A stretch of DNA of 64,000 nucleotides from an uncultured Clostridia bacterium (GTDB taxonomy: Bacteria > Bacillota > Clostridia > Oscillospirales > Ruminococcaceae). Location of the stretch: positions 519 to 64,518 of the forward strand of contig CANRFR010000002.1 of the NCBI GenBank assembly GCA_947629945.1. Direction: 5' to 3'. The notes beneath the pieces were generated by a model. The model was not told where the DNA came from and ran no database searches. It was given only the letters and a program-made list of their open reading frames with translations. Positions within the stretch are counted from its first letter, which is position 1, and every line of letters begins with the position of its first letter. A program made the translations under genes and the position numbers. Positions 28,772 to 36,038 of the stretch are shown here, piece after piece.

Positions 28772-29623
28772 TCATACTCTCCCCGCGAGCACATCGCGCA
28801 CATTGTTCGGGAGCGCAAAACAGCCGCTATGTACATATTGATTATAGTACTTTGTTTTAAGTCCTTGCGAGAGCCACCATTCCGCGTTTTGGTCTTTCAC
28901 GGGGTGGAATTTTTTCGAGGCGAACCCGAAAAGCCATTGTCCGCTCGGATAAGTCGGGATATGCGTCTGATACACCAGCGCTATGGGGAAAAAGCTCTTT
29001 ATACGCTCGTGGGCACGTTTCATCGCTTGCGCGTATTCGTCGTAGAACGTGCTCTCGTGCTGATTTACAAGTATTCCCGTATCGTTCAGCGCCTTGTAGC
29101 AATTGCCGTAAAACTCCTTAGTAAACAAGCCCTCGCCCGGACCGAACGGGTCGGTACTGTCAACGATTATCAGGTCGTATTCATTTTCGGCTCGGCGAAC
29201 GAATTTAAGTCCGTCCTCATAGTGGATATGCACGCGCGGGTCGTCCAAAGAACAAGCCGTAAACGGCAGATATTCTCGGCACAATTCCACAACGCGCCTG
29301 TCTATCTCCACAAGGTCGATATGCTCAATGCTCTTAAAACGGCAAAGTTCGCGAACCGCGCCGCCGTCGCCGCCGCCGATAACAAGCACTCGCTTTATCT
29401 CGGGATTTACCGACATCGGAACGTGCGTAATCATCTCATGATAGATGTACTCGTCCTTTTCCGTCAGCATAAGAAAGCCGTCCAGAACGAGTATTCGCCC
29501 CAATTCCTCGCTGTCGAGTATGTCTATTTTCTGAAACTCGCTCTGCTCCGATACCAAATGCCGCTTTATTTTTATTGAGAACCGCACGCTGTCAGTGTGA
29601 TTTTCCGTAAACCAAAGTTCCAT
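28772..29623 (-). CDS. speE: Polyamine aminopropyltransferase (spermidine synthase)
   Basis: MELWFTE, LVLDG..MLTEKDE..YHEM, VLVIGGGDGG, IIVDSTDP.GP. Confidence 0.96.
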   Translation of the reverse strand: MELWFTENHTDSVRFSIKIKRHLVSEQSEFQKIDILDSEELGRILVLDGFLMLTEKDEYIYHEMITHVPMSVNPEIKRVLVIGGGDGGAVRELCRFKSIEHIDLVEIDRRVVELCREYLPFTACSLDDPRVHIHYEDGLKFVRRAENEYDLIIVDSTDPFGPGEGLFTKEFYGNCYKALNDTGILVNQHESTFYDEYAQAMKRAHERIKSFFPIALVYQTHIPTYPSGQWLFGFASKKFHPVKDQNAEWWLSQGLKTKYYNQYVHSGCFALPNNVRDVLAGRV

Positions 29624-29634
29624 TTTTTCTCCTT

Positions 29635-29752
29635 ATTTAAAAAAATTTGCAAACAGCTCTCTTCGCTGCGCTTCGTTCGCTAGCCGAGAGACATTGCCTT
29701 CGTTTCGCTGACGCTTCACTACGGCAACGTCTCTCGCTTTTGCAAATTTTAT
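29635..29752. repeat. Palindromic intercistronic element (family I-like architecture)
   Basis: Perfect 12-bp outer IR AAAATTTGCAAA/TTTGCAAATTTT; inner cgagagac-ttgcc/ggcaa-gtctctcg hairpin; gcttcg-rich loops. Confidence 0.8.
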
Positions 29753-29783
29753 GCGACCCAACAAGGTGGATTTTATTCAAGCT

Positions 29784-30236
29784 TTACACAGCCTTTTTCA
29801 GTTTGTCGTGATAAAATTCATACGCTTCCTTGCACAGTCTGTCGCCGTGCTCCTCCCAGAACGCGGTATTAGTCTCCATAAGGATATTTTCGTCCTCGTC
29901 CGTGAGGTAATCGAAAATGTCCGAATAGTAAGTAAGCCGCTCGTCCTCGCGAAACTTGTCGAACACGTCCGTGTAAGTTCCGTGGAGCAGCTCCAGAAGC
30001 TCCCGATACCCCATTCGCTGAATGCCGCGCATTGCGTACCAATAGCACTCATAGCCCCAATTGGTGAAGAACTGCTCGAAGCCGCCGTTGTACGTGTCCA
30101 CTACCAATTTCCAGAGCGCGGCTATCTCCTGTTCATCGGCGTCGAGCTTTTTCCAGTCGCCGCCGCAGTCGTATACCAGCTTTTTGTTGAACTCGCCCGA
30201 ATAATCGTCCCACAACTCGTCATAATCTTTTTCCAT
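29784..30236 (-). CDS. DUF4375/DMP19-like acidic protein
   Basis: EQEIAALWKL...YNGGFEQFFTN motif. Confidence 0.7.
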   Translation of the reverse strand: MEKDYDELWDDYSGEFNKKLVYDCGGDWKKLDADEQEIAALWKLVVDTYNGGFEQFFTNWGYECYWYAMRGIQRMGYRELLELLHGTYTDVFDKFREDERLTYYSDIFDYLTDEDENILMETNTAFWEEHGDRLCKEAYEFYHDKLKKAV

Positions 30237-30258
30237 TTTAAATTTTCACTTTCTTATG

Positions 30259-30672
30259 TCAAGATATAAAGGTTCCGTCATCGCCCATAGCCTCAAAATG
30301 TCTTCTGTAACGCTTTGGAATTCGAACATCCGAGAAATAACCGATGTCTGACAGAACTTCGGAAATAGCCGCAAATCCGTCGTTATAAAAGCGCGTAATA
30401 CGCCTTTTGCGGTCTGAAATGTTTTTATAGTCGGGCGGACAAACAAATGTCCAATCCGCGCTCTCATCGTCAACAATTATTCGGAAATATTTGTCAATTT
30501 CCGTTTCATGTACTTCACATTGAGCCAACAAAATATGATGTTCAAAAGCGTCGTCCACGCGCGCCATAAGCACGGGTTTCGTATCGTCAAACGGTATTGC
30601 GATAATCAGCGGCTCTTTTTGCTTGATGTATTTGTTTACGGTCTCTTCATCCGGAAATTTGAGGTAATTCAT
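30259..30672 (-). CDS. Conserved hypothetical protein (EHHILL motif)
   Basis: 137 aa ORF with GGAGG RBS; no family recognised. Confidence 0.7.
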   Translation of the reverse strand: MNYLKFPDEETVNKYIKQKEPLIIAIPFDDTKPVLMARVDDAFEHHILLAQCEVHETEIDKYFRIIVDDESADWTFVCPPDYKNISDRKRRITRFYNDGFAAISEVLSDIGYFSDVRIPKRYRRHFEAMGDDGTFIS

Positions 30673-30700
30673 ACTTCGCCTCCAAAAAATCTGTTTAACA

Positions 30701-31291
30701 CTATCTTCTCGGCGGTCTTGTAAGGTAACTCGGCTTTACAAACCACTTTATAAGCCGCGGAAACCGCTGCGCGTTACACATAACGTAAACGGAAACCGCC
30801 ACATAAATCAGCCATAACGCCGCAAATATTCCGCAAAATATCGAAACCGGACGCTTATCCTCGGCGTCGTGACGTTCCGCGTCCTCTTGCGAGAGCAGTT
30901 CCGTATTGTCGTAACGTATGCAAACGAGTTCGTCCTTAGCGGTAATCACGGAAAGGCTCTCGCCCTCTTTAAGCTTGTACAAACCCTCAAGGTCGCAAAC
31001 ACTCGCCCACGCCTTATATTCTTTGCCCGAAAGCGTGAGCACTATGCGGTCTTCCTTGCGGTAACTGCCCTCGTAAACCAAATTCGTCCGAACGTAGTCG
31101 CGCTTATGAAGCCCCATATTCATACACATTATCCACACGCCGACTATAAAAGCAAGGAGTATCACCCACACGGCAATAAATTCGCCCGGATAGTAAACGT
31201 TGCCGTTAAACAAGCGGCTTCGAGTGTTGTAAACGCGCATTTTGCGGCGGTAGTTGCGGTTTTTGGTGCGCGAGGCGTTTTTTCTGCCCAT
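30701..31291 (-). CDS. Hypothetical membrane protein (2 TM)
   Basis: AAGGAG RBS directly after the repeat element; two hydrophobic segments. Confidence 0.7.
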   Translation of the reverse strand: MGRKNASRTKNRNYRRKMRVYNTRSRLFNGNVYYPGEFIAVWVILLAFIVGVWIMCMNMGLHKRDYVRTNLVYEGSYRKEDRIVLTLSGKEYKAWASVCDLEGLYKLKEGESLSVITAKDELVCIRYDNTELLSQEDAERHDAEDKRPVSIFCGIFAALWLIYVAVSVYVMCNAQRFPRLIKWFVKPSYLTRPPRR

Positions 31292-31302
31292 TTCAGCTCC
31301 TT

Positions 31303-31429
31303 ATTTAAATAATTTCAAAATCTTGAGTTTGATTCTCGGTCGCTTCGCTCCCTGCGAACCAAACTCAAGACCGGTCAAAATTTTGCTTAGCGATAGCCCG
31401 GCAAAATTTTGACACTTTTTGAAATTTAT
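31303..31429. repeat. Palindromic intercistronic element, family I, copy 2
   Basis: Near-identical to 20236-20368. Confidence 0.9.
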
Positions 31430-31458
31430 GCGCCGCCAGTTAAGTTGCTCACGAAAAG

Positions 31459-32979
31459 TTACTCGACTACCTCCAAATACTCCACATTCATATCCTGAGG
31501 TCCCGTGAGCGAACAGCCTTTCTCCTTAGCGTATGCTATGTAGTCGAGAATATCCCGAGTAATACGCTCTCCGGGCGCGAGAATGGGAATTCCGGGCGGA
31601 TAGCACATCACGAACTCGCCGCAAACGCGCCCCGCAGTCTCGTTTATCGGCAATGATACGCGCTTAGCGTAGAACGCGGCTTGCGGCGGCATATCCACCG
31701 TGGGATTTATATATTCGTGGTCGAACAGCCCGACCGGAGAACGCCCGTAAAGCCGTTTTATCTCGGAAAGCGCCGACACCAGCCGCTCAATATCGAGCGC
31801 TCTGTCGCCGCCCGTGATTATCGCGAGAATATTTCCGATATCGCCGAACTCTATTTGAATATCGTACTCATCGCGCAGTAAATCATACACTTCAATTCCC
31901 GCCAAGCCCATAGCGCGCGTGTGAACGGACAGCTTCGTCGTATCGAACGCGTAAAAATCTCTGCCGTTGCAAAGCTCCGAACCGAACGCGTAATAGCCGC
32001 CTATTGCGTTAATTTCGCGCCGCGCGTATTCGGCGAATTCCACGGTTTTCGCGTAAAACTCCTTGCCGTGCAAAGCCAAATTCTGCCGCGCCAAGTCGAG
32101 CGACACCATTAAAAGATAACTCGCCGAAGTGGTTTGAGTCAGGTTAATTACCTGACGAACATAATCGGGATTCACCGTATCCGCCATTAACAAAATAGCG
32201 CTCTGCGTAAGCGAACCGCCCGTTTTATGCACGGAAGCCGCCGCCATATCCGCGCCCGCCGCCATTCCGTTTATCGGCAAGCCCTCGCCGAAATAGAAAT
32301 GCGTTCCGTGAGCCTCGTCGCACAACACCAAAAGACCGTGCCTATGCGCGATCTCAACGATCTTTTGTAAATCGGAGCAAATGCCGTAGTAAGTCGGGTT
32401 GTTCACCAAAACGGCTTTCGCATCGGGGTTTTGCACAATGGCAAGTTCCACTTCTTCAGGCATCATTCCGAGAGGTATACCGAGTTCTCCGTTCACCCCG
32501 GGATTTACGTAAACGGGAATCGCTCCGCAGACTACCAATGCGTTTATCGCACTGCGGTGAACGTTTCGCGGCAGAATTATCTTGTCGCCCGCCTTGCACA
32601 CGCTCATTATCATAGCCTGAACCGCGCCGGTAGCGCCGTTGACCATAAACAGTGAGTTTGCCGCTCCGAAAGCGTCCGCCGCCAATTCCTGAGCCTCTTT
32701 TATAACGGACACGGGATGGCACAAATTATCGAGCGGCTTCATGGAGTTCACGTCGTTTTTAAGCGCGCTCTCCCCCAGAAAGCCGGTAAGCGTTTTGTTT
32801 CCGCGTCCGCCCTTGTGCCCCGGAACATCAAACTTCACCACGCGGTTGTTCTGATACTCCCGCATAGCCTCGTAAAGCGGCGCGCGGTCTTGGTTCAATT
32901 GACAATTGACAGTTGACAATTGACAATTATTGAGCGAATCCCCAAGCTCATCGCTGTCTTTGTTATCTTTTAAGACCAC
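31459..32979 (-). CDS. PLP-dependent arginine/lysine/ornithine decarboxylase (class I/II fold)
   Basis: APLYEAM, FDVPGHKGG, PRNVHRS, DEAHG, SVHKTGGSLTQS, YPPGIP; likely GTG start at 32979 after GGGGG. Confidence 0.93.
   Translation of the reverse strand: MVLKDNKDSDELGDSLNNCQLSTVNCQLNQDRAPLYEAMREYQNNRVVKFDVPGHKGGRGNKTLTGFLGESALKNDVNSMKPLDNLCHPVSVIKEAQELAADAFGAANSLFMVNGATGAVQAMIMSVCKAGDKIILPRNVHRSAINALVVCGAIPVYVNPGVNGELGIPLGMMPEEVELAIVQNPDAKAVLVNNPTYYGICSDLQKIVEIAHRHGLLVLCDEAHGTHFYFGEGLPINGMAAGADMAAASVHKTGGSLTQSAILLMADTVNPDYVRQVINLTQTTSASYLLMVSLDLARQNLALHGKEFYAKTVEFAEYARREINAIGGYYAFGSELCNGRDFYAFDTTKLSVHTRAMGLAGIEVYDLLRDEYDIQIEFGDIGNILAIITGGDRALDIERLVSALSEIKRLYGRSPVGLFDHEYINPTVDMPPQAAFYAKRVSLPINETAGRVCGEFVMCYPPGIPILAPGERITRDILDYIAYAKEKGCSLTGPQDMNVEYLEVVE
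32896..32930. repeat. Heptamer array x5 inside the decarboxylase N-terminus
   Basis: caattga caattga cagttga caattga caattat, read as NNCQLSTVNCQL. Confidence 0.9.
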
Positions 32980-32997
32980 CGAAACACCCCCGTTATT

Positions 32998-33140
32998 CAA
33001 TGGACAATGGACAATTGACAGTTGACAATTATTTCAACGTCCCGACTTGCAGACAATCTAAATCGCGCGCGGGTGGACGCGAAGCGTCCACACTCGCAAC
33101 CAAAATTGTCAATTGTCAACTGTACTTTGTCAATTGTTCA
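32998..33140. repeat. Heptamer-bordered element with GTGGACGC-GAA-GCGTCCAC hairpin
   Basis: Array at 32998-33032, inverted array at 33102-33140 ending in the speD TGA stop. Confidence 0.9.
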
Positions 33141-33953
33141 GTATATGTTCATTCCGCTGAATATCTCTATCATCTCGCTTCGCAAAGCGTTTGTTATTCT
33201 AAGCCGCTCCTGCGGGTGGACTTCGTACACGTCCGTATTAAACAAGTAATTTTGCAGTTCAATTTCCTTAATGAGCATTTTTGTGTGAAAAATGTTGGAC
33301 TGATAAACGTTAACATCCATAGCGTCGTATTTTGTAAGAGTCTCGGGGTCGATAAACTCCTGAATGGAATGCATCGGCGAATCCATAAAACACTTCTTCC
33401 CCGAAACATCACGGGTAAATCCGCGCACTCTGTAATCTATTATAATAATGTCGGAATCAAAGCTGCCGATAAGAAAATCCAAAGTTTTAAGCGGAGATAT
33501 CTCGCCGCAAGTAGCCACGTCGATATCTACCCGAAACGTCGAAATTGCCTTGTCCGGGTGATATTCCGGGAAAGTGTGCACGGTAATGTGGCTTTTATCC
33601 AAATGCGCGTTCACAGAGCAGCCCGCTGACTGAAAATAATTCAGACCCTTGTTGCAAGAGCCGTCGATATGCTCCGGGTTTATGTTTCCCTCCGCAAACA
33701 AAACGTTTACGGACGCGCCTTGCGGATCGTAGTCCTGCTTCGATATGTTAAGTACCGTGGCGCCGATCCGCTCGGTGACGGCGCACAGAATGCCCGTAAG
33801 GCGCTCGGAATTGTATTGCTCGTCAATATAGGCGATGTAATCCTTCTGTTCTCTCTCACTTTTAGCGTAACACACATCATATATATTGAAGCTGAGCGTT
33901 TTTGTGAGATTGTTAAAGCCATACAGCGACAGCTTTTTTTCCAACCCTAACAT
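33138..33953 (-). CDS. speD: S-adenosylmethionine decarboxylase proenzyme
   Basis: GFNNLTKTLSFNIYD, QDYDPQGAS, self-cleavage HLDKSHITVHT, DYRVRGFTRD. Confidence 0.96.
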   Translation of the reverse strand: MLGLEKKLSLYGFNNLTKTLSFNIYDVCYAKSEREQKDYIAYIDEQYNSERLTGILCAVTERIGATVLNISKQDYDPQGASVNVLFAEGNINPEHIDGSCNKGLNYFQSAGCSVNAHLDKSHITVHTFPEYHPDKAISTFRVDIDVATCGEISPLKTLDFLIGSFDSDIIIIDYRVRGFTRDVSGKKCFMDSPMHSIQEFIDPETLTKYDAMDVNVYQSNIFHTKMLIKEIELQNYLFNTDVYEVHPQERLRITNALRSEMIEIFSGMNIY

Positions 33954-34049
33954 CAATCCTTTCCGTATTAAGATAAAAGGTTCTGCGTAAATATTATATT
34001 GTAAACCTGTCGAATTATTTCGTAATTTTGTATAATTGCAGTCAAACTG

Positions 34050-34078
34050 ATTATAACATATTTATTTCAAAATAGCAA
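34050..34078 (-). promoter_or_regulatory. SigA promoter of the polyamine operon
   Basis: TTGCTA-17-TATAAT with TGn on the minus strand. Confidence 0.75.
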
Positions 34079-34195
34079 TAGCTTTTGAATATTTTTTACA
34101 AAGTGAATTTTCGGATAAAGACGAAACGAACTTCGGATTTAGAAATTATGTTAAAATCATTCTGTAAAATGTAACAATTTTATGAATAATGACTA

Positions 34196-34224
34196 TTGAA
34201 ATTCACAATATGTTGTGTTATAAT
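34196..34224 (+). promoter_or_regulatory. SigA promoter of the SCP2 gene
   Basis: TTGAAA-17-TATAAT with TGn. Confidence 0.75.
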
Positions 34225-34353
34225 TGTAAATGGAAATGAATTTTTAAAAAATCACTGCGGACCCCCCAAAAAAACAAGCCGCAGATCAAACAAAAAGAGA
34301 AAAAATGCGGGGAGCTTATCATAAGTCTGTCGCCGCACCATAAGGAGGATATT

Positions 34354-34914
34354 ATGGATAAAAAAGAACTGTCAATGAAAGTTTGGGCAAACGTTGAAAA
34401 GAGCAAAAAGAAAGCCGAGAAATTTGAGGACACGGTTGCTGTTTCATTTTCTCTCATCTCGGAAGAGAACGAGGATCTCTTTGTTGCGGTAGTCAATGGA
34501 GAACTTCGCGTCGAGCCTTACCACTACGATGATTACGGTTGCGAGATCGAGGCTTCCGCCGAGACCGTAAACAAGCTGTTCGCGGGCGAGATTTCGTTCG
34601 ACAAGGCGCTTAAAGACGGCGTTGCCGTTGTTAAGGGCGGCGATGTTGCGAAATTCAAGGCTCTCGAGTGCCTTGTTCCCGCAAAGAAGAGCGCGGCAAA
34701 GGATACCGACAAGAAGACTGCCGCAAAGGACGCGGACAAGAAATCTGCCGCTAAGGCTGCCGAGAAAAAGACTTCCGCTAAGGTCGAAGAAAAGAAGCCG
34801 TCCGTAAAGACCGAAGAGAAAAAAGCCGTTTCTTCCGCAAAGGCTGAAGAAAAGAAAGCCGTTCCCGCTTCTAAATCCGCAAGTGCCGCTGCAAAGCCCG
34901 CTGCTAAGAAGTAA
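34354..34914 (+). CDS. SCP2 sterol/lipid-binding domain protein with Lys/Ala-rich tail
   Basis: FVAVVNGELRVEP...EIEASAETVNKLFAGEISFDKALKDG..VVKGG; histone-H1-like AKK tail; AAGGAGG RBS. Confidence 0.75.
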   Translation: MDKKELSMKVWANVEKSKKKAEKFEDTVAVSFSLISEENEDLFVAVVNGELRVEPYHYDDYGCEIEASAETVNKLFAGEISFDKALKDGVAVVKGGDVAKFKALECLVPAKKSAAKDTDKKTAAKDADKKSAAKAAEKKTSAKVEEKKPSVKTEEKKAVSSAKAEEKKAVPASKSASAAAKPAAKK

Positions 34915-34933
34915 CTGAAAATCAAAGGATTTA

Positions 34934-34983
34934 CTCACCGAAATCGTCTCGGATTTTACGTCACGATCGGTGAGAAATTTTTA
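34934..34983 (+). terminator. Terminator after the SCP2 gene
   Basis: ctcaccga/tcggtgag plus atcgt/acgat stem and a T-tract. Confidence 0.6.
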
Positions 34984-35039
34984 GCCTCATACCGAAAGTA
35001 TACTATAGATATCAGCACAAACGAAAGCTCAACCAACCT

Positions 35040-35972
35040 ATGAAAAACAAAAAAATACCAATTATAATTGGAATTGTTTCTCTGTCCGTCTCAACTGCGG
35101 TCATCTGCTCTTGCTTTTCGGAAAGAGCGACTGTCGCAACGACGGTCTACGCGCCCGCAGACTCGGCGGAAACCTCAAGCGTTTCGGATAATACGCTTTC
35201 GGAGACGAACACAAACATTCCCGAAAACGATTCGAAAAGTCCAACCGAGAGCACAACGGAAAATCTTACCGAAAAAGATGTTTCTCACTCCGAAAACAGC
35301 GAAAGCGGTACATCCGACATTTCGCAAACCGGCTTCGATGACCCGGAAAGCTACTTGGAGTACAATCCGATAAACGGAACGTATTTTATTCCCGACGACG
35401 AAAAAGAGTTCTGCGAACAGTCGCTCTTCGTGGGCGACAGCATTTGCAACGGCTTTTACTGGAGCGGGGTGCTGCAAAACAAAAACCTCTACGCTTCGCC
35501 ATCCGTCGGCGCGCGGAATATGCTTACATACGATATGACTTACTGCAACGAGCCTAAAAAGTTCGTTCCCGTTTTGAACACGTTAAAGCCCAAAAACATA
35601 TTCTTCTGGATGGGTATGAACGACGTTAATCTGACCGACTCCAAGGAGTATTGCGAAAACTACAAAAAAATCATCGACACAGCGCTGAAAAACTCCGACG
35701 CCGAAGTTTACGTGTGTGGAATCACTCCGATAAGCAACCTGAAGTTTACCAAAAAAGAGACCATTAACGAATTTAACGACGCTATTCGTCGATTTGTTGA
35801 ACATCAATACGACGAACGCGTTCATTATCTTTATTTCGGTGAACCGCTCAAGGACGCAAACGGACTGCTTGCCGAGGACTGCGACAGCGGCGACGGCGTT
35901 CATCTAAGCTGCAAAGCCCATTATATCGCCATGCACGAAATATTTGTGCAGTCGGGCAGAAAAAATCAATAA
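35040..35972 (+). CDS. Membrane-anchored SGNH/GDSL hydrolase
   Basis: FVGDSI, MGMND, DGVHL catalytic blocks; S/T/E-rich linker. Confidence 0.85.
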   Translation: MKNKKIPIIIGIVSLSVSTAVICSCFSERATVATTVYAPADSAETSSVSDNTLSETNTNIPENDSKSPTESTTENLTEKDVSHSENSESGTSDISQTGFDDPESYLEYNPINGTYFIPDDEKEFCEQSLFVGDSICNGFYWSGVLQNKNLYASPSVGARNMLTYDMTYCNEPKKFVPVLNTLKPKNIFFWMGMNDVNLTDSKEYCENYKKIIDTALKNSDAEVYVCGITPISNLKFTKKETINEFNDAIRRFVEHQYDERVHYLYFGEPLKDANGLLAEDCDSGDGVHLSCKAHYIAMHEIFVQSGRKNQ

Positions 35973-35974
35973 CG

Positions 35975-36010
35975 AAAACCGCGCAAGAAATGAAACTCTT
36001 GCGCGGTTTT
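35975..36010. terminator. Bidirectional terminator
   Basis: AAAACCGCGCAAGA/TCTTGCGCGGTTTT 14-bp stem between convergent genes. Confidence 0.85.
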
Positions 36011-36038
36011 GTATTTATACCCGCCGGCGCGGCGGGAT

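Noticed and set aside
32896-33140. Heptamer arrays and PEPEPD/24-bp arrays as CRISPR
   Set aside because: No unique spacers of constant length, repeats are too short or are coding, and there are no cas genes.
22253-33987. 11-bp inverted match CGCAGAACCTT bracketing the polyamine operon, and AGAACCT repeats at 22200-22285
   Set aside because: An 11-mer inverted match is expected many times by chance in 64 kb; no transposase or target duplication; the LexA-box resemblance is poor.
33956-34050. SAM or polyamine riboswitch upstream of speD
   Set aside because: The leader is about 90 nt, AT-rich, and lacks S-box core sequences or a terminator.
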